Shown here one piece after another: positions 36,588 through 49,570 of a DNA stretch of 64,000 nucleotides. Below the pieces are notes generated by a model. That model did no database searches. It saw only the letters and a program-made list of their open reading frames with translations, and was not told the DNA's origin. Source of the DNA: Vermamoeba vermiformis (taxonomy: Eukaryota); the NCBI GenBank assembly GCA_045837725.1, contig JBEWZL010000175.1:124001-188000 (forward strand), read 5' to 3'. Numbering within the stretch: the first letter of the stretch is position 1; every line of letters begins with the position of its first letter. The position numbers were made by a program, and so were the translations under genes.

Positions 36588-38325
36588 TTAGAGAAACAAT
36601 ACTACTAACGAAGCTACAAATCCAACGCTGGCGACCAAGGAGGTAGCAAGAGACGTTTTTGCCTGCGGAGCTTTGACTGGAGCGTTATTGGCCGAAGGCG
36701 TTGGAGTCGAGCCCGCATCCGGAGCTGACTGCGGTGCTAAGATGCAAGTTTTTCCGTCACCAGCATAGCCAGCCTTGCACGTACAAGTATATGTCCAAAT
36801 ATCACTCGACGCGCACGCAGCATTCACATCGCAAAGGGCAGTGACACAAGGGTCTTGAGGGATGACCCACATGTCATTCAACGAGGTCAGTGAGTTACCA
36901 CCGCCGTACAAAATGAAGTGGCCGTTGGTGTTGGGACCCGATGGCGATCCGTAGTACTTACGACTGCCTAACTGTCCACCAACTTGTCTATAATTGGTGT
37001 AATTAGACTCGATGTCCCCGCCTGCCAAATCTCCGTAGACCATTTTCCAAGTCTTGCTCGTCTTGTTAAACAACCAAATGTCGTTAAGCTGCACATCGGA
37101 GTTGTACTTCAATCCACCAACGATCATAAAAGTGCCGTCACGTCGATCAACAAGTTGAGCTCCAGCACGTGCTGCAGGGATATTTCCGGGATCGAAGTCA
37201 TCAGACACGACCGCGCCTTGAGCCAGGAACGATTCAGGGCCACCCCACTCAACAGTCCAGGACGGAGCCTTAGTATCAAAAGACCACAAGTCACCCCATT
37301 CTCCTTCCTTTGGTTTGGATCCCCATCCACCAAAAACCCAGATCCGATCATCAGCGTCAATGAAACCACCAGGAGCCCAACGACCACCGAAATACTTATT
37401 CTCGCCTTCGAAGACTGATTCCATACCAAGGTTAATAGCACCCCATTCCCAAGACCACATGAGCGATGTTGTGTTGAAGCGGTAGACCGAGCTCAATGAA
37501 GCTTCGCCCTGGCCGTAGCCTCCCACGAGCCACAAATTGTTCATAGAATCCACGGCAAGGAGGGCGCCTTGATTGGACCCGGGGTAGCACGAAGGACAAG
37601 GAACGCCTTTGTCAGAAAAGCCCTGTGGAATACTTGGATCGGTTGTATTATCGCTGGCGTCGTAGTTGCCGTAAAATGTGAATTCAAAAGATGTTGTGTT
37701 GAACATCCAGAAGTCCAGCCGTGGATCGTAGCAACTTCCGTAGAACCAAATGTTATCGTTCTTATCAATGGTATGAGCAGTTTGGCAAAGTGCACCGCCA
37801 GGGAACGCCGATGCGGATGGAATTCCAAAGTCGCCGTAAACGATAAGATCATCGAGTTGATTATCGACGTCACCAGCGACCCATCGATAAAGATCATTTT
37901 TAGGGTCGTAATTCCAAACAGTATGCAGATAATATACGTCGCTAAATCCACTAATTACCCAGATGAGTCCTTTGGAGTCGATTTCCACGAGAGGGTTGTT
38001 AATTCGACCACTAATTCCGGTATCAATACTAACCCATTCTCCTTTAGGCGCACCAGCGAAATCAGGCATATTTACGTAACCGAGGCCTAGAAGAAAAAAA
38101 AGACCTTAGATGGGCAACCGAAAATAATAATGTAATGTTTAAACTACAATTAGTTCTAAAAATATTATTAATACTAATTAATTCTCTTCAATGATTTACT
38201 TCAGTCTACTTACCCATCATAGCCGTTACGTTACTTGGCGCCAACCAAATCTGATCAATGGCATTGACCTCTACCGCCGCAAAAGCGACGAATATCACTA
38301 AAATTATGAACGTTAATGTCTTCAT
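36588..38325 (-). CDS. Secreted kelch/galactose-oxidase-type beta-propeller + EGF protein with hydrophobic C-terminus (GPI signal or TM)
   Basis: Signal-peptide exon MKTLTFIILVIFVAFAAVEVNA (ATG 38325), kelch GG/W motifs (LWLVGG, IWVFGGWG..GDLWSF, LNDIWLF), EGF CVTALCDVNAAC...CTCKAGYAGDGKTC, then a Pro/Ala linker and hydrophobic tail. Confidence 0.85.
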
Positions 38326-38419
38326 CACGATTTCGAATTAACAATGATTTTGCCAACAATTTTTGGCAATTTTTATATCCTCCTTCTATTTTTAGTGATT
38401 TTTAATCCTTGAAAACACG

Positions 38420-40687
38420 ATGGAACAAAATTCAACCTTTGTCGCTCTACCCATCGAAATACACTATAAATATGTTCATTACATCGATTTACGAGACTTG
38501 GCATCGTTAATGTTCACGTGCAAAGAATTTTATGAACGGTTCGGAACGGATCTGCAACTACAAAAAATAGTCTATGAACATACGGAGTAGGAATATGATA
38601 CATATGTTCTTTGAATTTGTAGTGATGATATCCTATAATTATTTAGTAATTTTCTAACAATTTTAAAATTAGACAACGAGTATTGCACAACAAACTGCGC
38701 CGTCCAATCAAACAATTATTCATGGAGAATCGTGCATTTGTAAGTATAGCATATATAATATCATGTTTAGCAACCAAAACGTTTAAAATACATGGTTCTA
38801 ATATTTTTCTTGAAGTATGCCGTCAAGATCGATGACACGGAGTTCCTCAAATACACCTTGCCGAGCTTATCATACAAGGATATTGCCGCAAAACTACGTC
38901 CATTCTCGTCAGACCCAAAAATATTACTCGTGACCAAAGCGAGCAAAAAGAAAAAGTTAGTAGCTAACGACAAAAACCTACTGCAGAAAATCTTCGACAA
39001 CGACGCAGCAAAATGCCTTGATTTCTTATTAAAGGTGAGAACGAGGTATAAAATGACATTATAACATCACTTTATCTTAATGACGAATCGTCATAGGCCT
39101 TCGAGTCAGATGTGTTGGCAAAAATAACGGAGACGCAGGACCAAGAATCAGATATATTCACAGCGCTGCTATTAATTGCTATAGTTTGCTTCAAGCCATT
39201 ACAATTACTAGGCTCGCCATCAAAGTTGCCTTATCAAAAAGTTCTGCGAGTTTTTTTGCAACATTGCCATAAATGGAAAGAACTCATTTTGGCTACATTG
39301 GTGGTCAATATTAATATAGATTCACCGCATGAAGCAACGCTTTATTCAAAAATGGTACGTAACTCTAATCAATGATATTTTTCCCGAGGCAGTTCCGGAC
39401 AACTAGTATTATCTTCATTGTTATTGTTATGACTTATTTTGAACCAGGTATTAAATCGATCTTTCAATAATAGGTATTTGAATCGTTAATGGCTTGCAGC
39501 AAAGAATTCCCAGAATTTCACATCGATCTCGGCATGAGAATTCCTGCGCGATTGCTTCCGTTAACTGGTTACAGTACGCACCGTTATGTCGTAGAAACGT
39601 TGTTAGAATACATTGCAGCTGCGCCGCATGATAACAAGATCAACGGCCAGTATGTCGAGGGCGGAACATTTAAATACTTGATGGATCACGGAGCGCCGTT
39701 TGATCCTGAGGCTCCTTATTTGCCGTTAACGTTCAAGACCTCACCGTTTTCACCTTTGTCATTGTACCTCAAGAAACTTAATGCAAGTACGTCTTAATTA
39801 TAAGGAGCGATTTAAAACAGTTTTTGAGAGTTATTTCTAACTATCGTTATTGGTCAGATATCAATGCGATATTGAAACCAGCAAATGAAACGATCTTAAA
39901 TTCATATCTGAGTCATCCTTGGCACGTTATAGGTCGGAAACGAAGGTAAGAACTTTTATTCCGTAGATGACACTGTGAAATTATTAATATCCGCTTTGTT
40001 TGATACCAAATAAGAATAATTTATGAATTTTATTTTAGCTCGATCGAGTACGCTCTTTACAGAGGAGCAAAATTAACGAAGGAAGAAGAAACACGGTGGT
40101 TAAATACTGCACCAGATAGCTTGCAATATAAAGCTGCGATATGTCAGCAAACGAGCAGTTATAATCCGCTGAAAACTATTGGGTAAGTCTTGATGAAATT
40201 ACTAAACCGACCAAAATTTTTAACCAAAAATGTAAATTTGAAGCGAAATTCCAGATTTTAGCGGCGGTCATTATCAGTTTTCTTCCGTTTCTGCGGAGAT
40301 TCATCTGCACTCTGGAAGAAGATTTGATGATTTCGGTAATATGAGTAGCGGAGTTTGGGAGCAAAACGACGGAAAATTGATATTGCAAGACACGCACAAG
40401 AAGATCTCGTTTGGTAGCTACGATGAAGATGCAATTATTGAAGGCGATGCACCGCCTATTCGCACCTATGCTATAGTCAAGTAAGTCAGAGATCCTGATG
40501 CAGATCAACATCCGGATGCTGAAGCTAAAACTCTAGCCCTCTTTGTTCTAACGAAATTTTTATTAATGATACTTATTTTAGGACCTTGGATGGAGTTGCA
40601 CTTGCTGACATGGATCCGGATGTGCTTGAAGACACAAAAATAATACGAATGTTGTTTGGAGTTTTTAAAGAACATGAATTCATTTGA
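38420..40687 (+). CDS. F-box + ankyrin-like protein (paralogue of 34371)
   Basis: F-box FVALPIEIHYKYVHYIDLRDLASLMFTCKE, with several exons and introns nearly identical to 34371..36548. Confidence 0.83.
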
Positions 40688-40962
40688 ACCATGATTTACA
40701 TTAGCAATTTGTTACACGTGATGCAGCGTTATTGTCTTAAAATGTTTACCCGCTTTTCATAAATTAAAGCAAGCAGTACAATTGTTCGCGGAGCGCGAGA
40801 ACTGCAACAATCGCGATTGCGGACAATGCCATGATACCAATATTATAAAGGAAAAATAAAAATTAATTTGATAGTCTTAGAAAAGGGACAAATTTTCCGG
40901 ATGTCCCCTTTGAGAACATAAAAGAGCAACAAAGACAATTATTAGAGTCTATCTGGGATAAC

Positions 40963-42327
40963 ATGGAGCACCACAAACAATTATTCGAATATATTGTCGT
41001 CATTGACTTCGAAGCAACGTGCGACCAGGCACAGAATCCAACGGTAAGAAATTCAGAATCGTCCAATAATTAGCTCCTAAATTATTATTAATTTATTTAA
41101 TAAGGTCACACGAGAGAACCAAGAGATCATTGGTAAGGAACTGATTCTTTAATTATTTAAATTTATTTTAATTTTTGAATTTTAGAATTTCCTTGGGTGG
41201 TTCTGAATACGTCCAATTTGGATATAATCGATGAAGGACAAATATATTGCAAGCCTGAATGGACTAAAGAGCTTACACCATTTTGTACAAAGCTTACGGT
41301 AAGTTCGATCCAATCAAAAAGTAATTGTCTTATTTCTTTGTAGGGAATTACGAACGAAACTATTGCTGCAAAAGGCATACTCGTTAAAAGAGGCAATCAA
41401 AAAATTCGACGATTATATTGAAACGAATATAGGAAGCAGATCTTTTTGTATTTTAACGGATGGAGACTGGGACATCAAGACTTGCTTGCTACGTGAAGCC
41501 ATTAAGAAGAAATATATTTTTAACAGATCATTACTATCGATATTTGAACCTCAAATCAATATTTTTGGACGCCACAGCGACTCCAACTTTGCGCGGGAAA
41601 ATTTTCAGTGAAACAGCCTTACCAGCCAACACTCAAATTCCATCACGACCAAGCCTCGGATTTATGTTAAGCGCACTTCAATTAGAGTTCGAAGGACATC
41701 AACATTCAGGCATTGATGATTGCAAAAATATTGCTCGTGTCGTTCAGCAACTTATGAAGCACGGCATGTTAATGAACGATTACGTGATAATTCCGCGAGA
41801 TTTCAATCCAGCTGAAGAAACAGTGCCTGATTTTAACGTCACAAAGAACAACATTAATGATCCCTCTGAAAGTACGTTCATCAGATCCTGGATCTCGAAA
41901 CTACAATCAAATACTAATCAGTACTATACTATAGTGAGCTTAGTGCCTTCAAAAGTAGTTAGATTACGAGGTAAATATTGCATAAATGTTCTTTTCTATG
42001 GTGATCCGGATCTGATCCGTCAATAGGTGTGCCGTTCCGAGCGACAAAACAAGACATTATCGATTTTCTCGGCGTTAATGTATCAGAAGATAAAGTGCAA
42101 ATATTAAAGAACCTGTGGAATAAGCCTTCAGGTCAGTTCGTAAACTTTTTTTGAATCGATCTGGATCTGATCTTTTTTTTTCTGCTTTAGGTGCGGTGTT
42201 AGTAGAGTTTGATTCTATTGAAGAGGCTGAAGAAGCTATGAAAAAAGACAAACAGTATATGGGCACTAGATACATCGAGATTCATTATCGCAAATACGAG
42301 CCGAAACCTGACGATTCAGAACAATAA
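40963..42327 (+). CDS. ERI1-family DEDDh 3'-5' exoribonuclease fused to a C-terminal hnRNP F/H-type quasi-RRM
   Basis: VVIDFEATC, EIIEFP, LTPFCTKLTGIT, TDGDWD and EGHQHSGIDDCKNIA, then VVRLRGVPFRATKQDIIDF...VEF...A..K.KQYMGTRYIE. There are two 1-bp indels (~41380, ~41510). The true start may lie further upstream. Confidence 0.85.
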
Positions 42328-42495
42328 CCAATAATATCGATAAAGGCATAAACTTTTGCACTCAAAATAAACAACCAATATCAAAATACGGATTGAATTG
42401 AAAAATTGTCAATTCGCTTTTGCAAACTTTGCGTTAAAAAATAAGTTATCACAACGAACTAAATCATCTTGTTTATTCCTAGGAACCAACCAATA

Positions 42496-43693
42496 ATGAG
42501 TATAGCCATCATTACTATCTTTTCCCTGCTTATCCAGGCTTCGATCGGTAAGCGAATTGATCTATGGGAGTAGTAATACCGCGGACTCTCGAATTAAAAG
42601 TGCTAATTCTGTACTAAATTGAAGCTGTAATTATCCTTCTAATTATTACTCGACAGACCGACAATTAAACTCACCTAAAAAGTTAGAATTTACTAAATTA
42701 ATTATATTGCGAATTAATTTCAAGCCTACCATTCAATTATTTTTTAGGTTAACAATGCTCCTCAAGCCAGTTTGCTGTCAAGAATAGCGGTGTGGATTAT
42801 TTAGTTATCAACTCTCCTAATGAAGTCAAAACGTGCGGAGGAATTAACATTTGCGACGCGATCGCAGAAGGCAAACAATCTCTTTTGTTGAATGACGGAC
42901 AGCTGTCAATCAGCAATGGAAACTCCGTAGAACTGCCCGACAAGAGTAACACTAACGAAATACAGTCACTGTCCTTGCAAGACGGGTTACTGTCAATCAG
43001 TAACGGCAACTCCGTTCAGCTTCCCGATGAGATCCAGACCTTGTCGCTACAAGACGGAATGGTTGCCCTGAGTAACGGAGGTGGATCTATTTCACTTCCG
43101 GATGCCAGCGCAACAAATGAAATACAATCTCTGTCACTACAAAATGGAGCTATTGGGCTATCAAAAGACAGCGCAACGATAGATACTACGAGTTTGAAGG
43201 CTTTTTTGGGATTTTCAGTTCGAGTCACTCCTGTTGGAACAATTACAAACAGTCCCGGTAGCTGGAACACCGTGCCCTTCAATGACACCAGATGGATCAC
43301 CTTCCCGGAGGCTTCCTTCAACAAATATACCTGTAAGTGATCCAAGCAAATTAGTATCATCGGCTTATAATGACAGACACGTTCACTCCGCCGTATTCTG
43401 GGTATTATAGATTCAATCTGCGAGGCAACTCAAATACGGTGCAGAGCTCAGGAACCGACCGACATCACTTTGCTTGGAACGTAAACAATGATGGTATATA
43501 CTATGGTCAGTGTGGAGGCTTTTGTGGCAGCCCTGGCCCTGGACTTCCGCACTGCACGTATATCATGCAACTAAATGCTACTGCCACAGTCAAAGTAGTT
43601 ATATTTTCCACGGTGCCTTTCAACTTAGGCGCTTCTAACGATCCTACGACCACTCAATTTGAATGGCAAGGAGAATACTTAGGTCCTTTCTGA
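42496..43693 (+). CDS. Secreted protein with NEIQxLSL..G.LSISNGNSVxLP repeats and a C-terminal C1q/TNF-like domain
   Basis: Signal exon MSIAIITIFSLLIQASIG, four repeats in ORF 42792..43340, and a C1q-like pattern FSV...VPF.....F....DTFTPPYSGYYRF. Confidence 0.7.
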
Positions 43694-43936
43694 AGATGAG
43701 ACTTCTCATCTTTTTCGGTATCTATATGGCCCTCAATAAAATCTACAATACCTTCTTTGCCTGAGTCTCTAATGCTGCTTTCTTCGTGGATCTTTTGCAC
43801 GGCTTTGCTGTCATCGAAAACACTTGTAACAGCTAAGATTAACTATTTTGAAAATTGTTTACTATGACACAAATTTAAATAATTTCGCAACGGTTGGTAT
43901 TGGTTAGTTATTCAGTGAACGTCTTATCGCGTGAGA

Positions 43937-46900
43937 TTATTTCTCAGACTTCTTTTTGTCCTTTTTTTCTTCTTTCTTTTCCTTCTTGCTCTTCTTAAGC
44001 GCTTCGACAATTTCTTCACTGATTGACTCTTCGTCAAGAGCCTTGCTTGATTCTTCTTCTTTGATCGATTGCAAGGATTGCACGACACCAATCTCTCCAC
44101 GAGCAATCTTCTTCAAGTGTTCTGATTGTTCAGGTCCTGTTGCTGCAACCATTGATGAGAAGATGCCATCGCGATCGAGAAGTGTTGCTGGTTTGTCGTA
44201 TTCTGCGAGTTCTCCACGATTCAGGACAAGTACTTTCGTGCTGTCCATCACAGTGTTCAATCGATGAGCAATAGTCAACGTAGTTCTGTCACTGAAGTTC
44301 TTTCTGACCATGGATTGGATCAGCATATCGGTGTCAAGATCGACTGATGCAGTGGCTTCGTCCATCACAAGAATCTTGGTCTTTCTTAACAACGCACGAG
44401 CCATGCACATCAATTGACGTTGACCAACACTGAAGTTCGAGCCGTTCTCTTCGACAATGGCGTCAAGTTGGCCTTCCAAGCTTTCAATGTAAGTCTTCAA
44501 GTTGATCATGTTCAAGGCCTCCCAGAGCTCAACATCGGTGTGTTCACCAAATGGATCAATGTTGTATCGCACTGTGCCGAGGAAAAGAACAGGGTCTTGA
44601 GGAATGATTGAGATCTTGGAACGAAGATCTTTCAAACCAATCGTTGAGATGTCAATACCATCAATCTCGATTGATCCTTCTGCAAGCTCGACAATGCGGA
44701 AAAGTGCTTGAAGCAAACTGTAATGAAGATATGATGAGTGACTTTCCTTATTTGGAAGTATTGTTGTGAAGGACTTACGTTGACTTGCCAGCACCTGTTC
44801 GACCAACAATACCGACCTTTTCTTCGCCGTTGACAGTCAAGTTCAATCTCTTCAACACGAGATCGCCCTGTCTGTATCTGAGTGACGTGTCTTTGAACAC
44901 AATTTCGCCAGTTGCAGGCCAGTCCTTGGGTGGTCTGTTCTCAGGAATCACTGCTGGTGCTTCTTGTTCGAGTGAGTCGTACTCGCGGATACGTTCAACA
45001 GAGTTCAACTTGGCCTCGGATTCAGCCGCGTTGACACTCAAGTTGCTCAAGAGGGCTGTGAGACCAGAGGTGCTCGACAAGGCCAAAGCAGCGAAGGTGC
45101 TGAGAGCGTCAGAACCAGCGGCACGGAAGGCCACAATGAGCACGAACAGGATCAACACAAGTCCGTTACCAATGAAGTCGAGACGAAGACCGAACCAACT
45201 GCAGTTTCGTTAGTTAAAAAAACCAAATTTCACGGTTATAATTTTGCCAAGTACTTACGCTAAGACAAACTTTTGAGCGTAACGATGAGCAGAGTTACGA
45301 TCAATGGAGTACACATTGACGTTCTTGAAGACGTTTTGCATCTTGTACGCACGAATGGTCGATGTGCCACGAAGAGTCTCGCCCAATTGAGAGAAGATTG
45401 GAGCACGAGACAAGGCCTCGAGACGTTGGAGTTCGATGTAGGTTCTGCGGTAGTATGTCTGGAAGAAGATGTAGCCGACAATGACAGCAGCGACAGCAAT
45501 TAACATGTACGGAGAGCCCAAGGCCAAACTGGCAAAGATACCGAGCATATTGACGATAATAACGATGTAACTGAGCAGCTGAATAGGCAACAACTGATCA
45601 ACCAAGTCCAATTCTTTGGCAAAACGATTAACGATTCTGAGAAAAGACCGAGGTTAGACCTTGACTTCGTGAAACTTTTTTCAAGTTGCTTACCTTCCAA
45701 GAGGAGTGACATCATAGAAAGCAGTAGGAGCACGGATGACCTTCGCTAAAAGTCCTCTGTGGAGAGCGCGTGAAGCTCTAATGTTTTGCGTGACGTTGAT
45801 GAAGTACGCGAACAACAAGAACAAACTTTCAGCACCGACTGTAGCAGCGTAAACACCAGCATCTACAACACGTTAGAACACATACAAATTAACTGATTGC
45901 AATACTTACAAACTGCAGGAGTCTGGCCGTAGGCGTTCAAAGTCCATTGAGTGAGCCACCATGATCCGACGACACGTGAGCCGACAGAAAGGACCAAAAC
46001 GAAGACGATCATCAAGGCAATGAACACGCCTCCTTTCTTGAAGTAATACCAGTAGACGTCCCAGCCAATCAGACCCTCTTGTCTTTCTTCCTCGTTGATC
46101 AAAGTACCGCCTAGCAAAGTTTCACAGGTTAGTTTTTTCTAGCCAAAATATCTGAATGAGAACAACTACGTACTCTTTTCTTCGCCGGCAGGCTTAACTT
46201 CAGCAGGCTTGACCTCCTTTTCAGCAGGCTTTTCTTCTTCCTCTTCCTTCTTCTCGCCACCAACACCGTACTTTTGCATTTGTTCGGCGAACACCGGTGA
46301 AGACTCTACGAGCTCTTGGAATGTACCATCGCCAACGACTTCTCCGTTGCTCAAGAACAACACTTTGTCTGCGTATGGCAAGTATTGCAACTGATTTGTA
46401 GCAAGAATGACGATCTTGTCTGCCCAGTACTGCTTGATGGCCTTCTCGAAGAGGTGTTTGCCGACGTGCGCGTCAACAGCAGACAAAGGATCGTCGAGCA
46501 AAATGATATCGGCGTCGCTGTACAAGGCACGAGCGATAGAAATACGCTGTGAAAGTGAATTAGTATCGTTATTCATCATCATTGGGTGGGTCAAATGACA
46601 CGTGTCAATCAAAGTGTCAAAACTCAGACTTACTTGTTTCTGACCTCCTGACAAGTTGACACCTCGTTCACCGATCTCAGTGCTGTCTCCTGCAGTGAAT
46701 TGATGCAAGTCAGGCATCAACGCAGCGGCTTCAAGGACTTCACGGTACTTCTTCATGTCGAAGGGTTTGCCAAAGATGATGTTTTCACGGACGGTTGTGT
46801 TCACGATGAAGGCTTCTTGGGAGACATAAGCTTGAGTTCCTGCAACGGAAAGACCTCCGCTGACTTTCGGAAGTTCTCCGAGAAGTGCTTGAATGAACGA

Positions 46901-48830
46901 AGATTTGCCGCTGCCGACAGGACCGACAACCATGATCAAGTCTCCTTTCTTGGCCTAATATTCATACCGTTAGATTAAGCAACGCAAGAGCTTAACGTTA
47001 AGCGAAACTTACCTTCAAGCTGACGTTCTTCAAGAAGGGCTCGGTGGTGCCAGGCCATTGGAAGGAGGCATCTTCGACCTTGATTGCAGCGGAGTCACTT
47101 TGGATTTGTTCAACGGGGACAATATCAGGGTTAGCCATGAACTGTTGCACGCGTTTGAACGAGTTAATGTACTGCGGGAAGATGGCCACAGCGAACGGCA
47201 ACATGATGAAAGCTTGACGGACGAGCGTGAAAATTGAAATGACGGTGAACAACGTCGATTGATTCAATTGGGCGTAAAGAGCGTACAAGATCTACGAGCA
47301 CGTGTTATAAATATATATTGTTATTACGAAGCTAACTTACGATTGTCAAGCCCATAGCGATGTTGATGACTGCTTGCAAAAGTACGATCATGACGGCACG
47401 CACGTTACCGAGCTTTCGCAATCCAGCCAACTCCTGGTCACGTGCCTTGTCGATGTTGTTGAAAAACGCGTCTTCCCAAGCATAATACTTGACGATTCTG
47501 ATACCTAAAATATCGAAAAGTTAACACCCAACAACGAAAATTTTTCACGGCCCACGCGACTTGTAATATCGCACAAATTGCATAATAAACTCTTATCGCA
47601 CAAAATATCAAATAAGTAATCGTAGAGGTTTGCACTTGACACGTGTCAGGTGTATTTTTGACAGTTAGCTTACCGCCGAGAAGTTCGTTGACCATCTTCA
47701 ATCTCTTGTCTCCGAATTGTTGCAAAGCATAGCGGAGTACTCCGGTTTTTTGACCGAGCACTGCAGAGATTGGGAAAGCGATAATCATCAGACCCACGAC
47801 AATCACAACGTAAAAATTGACGTAAATTGCCAAAAGAATGATACCGACTAGAATTATAAAGATAATATTATTAATTATTTGGGTTATTTTAAGAGCGAAT
47901 TTGATTCGCGTACCGATTAATTGCAAGGGCACGGCAACACCGATAGAAACAAATTGAAAAGAGTCGGCAATAAACAAAGCGTCACTGCTGACCATGTTTA
48001 CAATTTGACCTGAGTTAAATTGCTTCGAGGGTGCTACAGTCAAGCTCTTTCGGTATACGAGCTGTTCATATAAAATTAAGAAATTTATCGCTCGAGATCG
48101 GGTCATATATTTCAATCACTTACCAAAATAAGCGCGGTACGCATCTAAATAGCAAAGATTAGTACTAAATTTGATAAGATAAGCATGCCTATACTTACGT
48201 TCATACCGGCGATATTTGAACGGAACTGGCCATAATAGTAAAAAACGGATCCAGCCATTTGTGCAATAAAGATGCAGAAAATATAAATAAAACCGGCATA
48301 GGTTGGGTACGATGGATCGTTTACGTAGGCAATCAAAAACGGCAAGATAATAGGATTCACAAAAGACATAGCGGCTAAAGCGCGCGATCGTAAGTACAAT
48401 AATTCCGGATCGTAATAATTAGTTCATACCGTATGCCCACATCATTGTAAAAGCGCCCAAAAGGTGACTTTTGAATACACCAAATACAGAACTGAAAAGA
48501 TTCGGCCTAAGAATTTAATGATTAATAATTTTCGGGATGTTGTGGATTTTGCTTGGAGGCTTACTTTGGCTTCTTCTGCTCTTCCCTCCATGCTGGCTCT
48601 ATTTTATCCCAAATATGCTCGGCTGAATTATCATCATCCAGCAACCAAACGTCGGGATCTTGCAGCTGTGTCTTCGCTCCTTTCGCGACCAAATCTCCTC
48701 CCGGGCCGAAAAACAAGCGGGATTGCGTTGATTCGTCGAGTTTAGGTCCCTTTACGTACTCGAGCTGGGTCTCGAGCGTCTTATTCTTCTCGAGAATACC
48801 AGGACGATGTTCTGTAGCAATAATTGACAT
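43937..48830 (-). CDS. ABCC (MRP-type, short form without TMD0) transporter, copy 1
   Basis: NBD1 GPVGSGKSS / LSGGQKQR / [10 protein letters not shown] and NBD2 GRTGAGKST / FSVGQRQ / VMDEATAS / IAHRL, with two TM domains and many introns. Confidence 0.95.
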
Positions 48831-49570
48831 CGCGATGGGTTGGATGTCGGACCTGAGTTTGAATCTTTTGTGGTGCTCGGGACAAACTCTCGTTTAGGAA
48901 TAATTACCCCGATTCACGCAGTTTATGTAATATTGACATTTTTACGAGCGCTCCGGAGCTTCGTTTTTCCCACGCGAAATTTCTGTAAGAACAATTGTTA
49001 CGCGTTAATGACCGGGCAAAAATAATTACGAAAACGTTCGTGTGGTACGAAAGAGCTTACCATACGTGAGCTAAAAGATACTGAAATCGCGGAAGTAAGC
49101 GGAATTCGGGAGAAGGTCGAGCACGGATGCGAAGCTCTACCTCGTTGGAAATTAGTTAGAATGCAACGATAGCAAGTAATAATTGATAGTAATGCTGTTC
49201 TCGAAGCTGAAATGATTTTTAAAAATTTTGGAAGGCTGTTTTTCAAATCCCGCACTTGTAACGGTTAGATCCCTATGCAGCACTAAATTAATTTTATAAT
49301 TTTACTTGAAGTTAATTAATAACATTTCGCGTAATCTCGAGCAGAATTTGTCGTACCTCACACTAATTGCGCATCTGGTTTGTCCTCGCTCGTAGAAGAA
49401 TACCCAATGCTAAATATTCACTTACGAGTTAACTAAATTTCAACGAGTAGTCGAATCGTGGTAGTCAAACAAAAATTGCACATCGAAAGTTGAGCAGGGC
49501 CACGATCTTTCGCCTGTGGAACTTTTTTACGTTCAATTTTCATTGATCGACAACTAGTGTTAACCTAACA

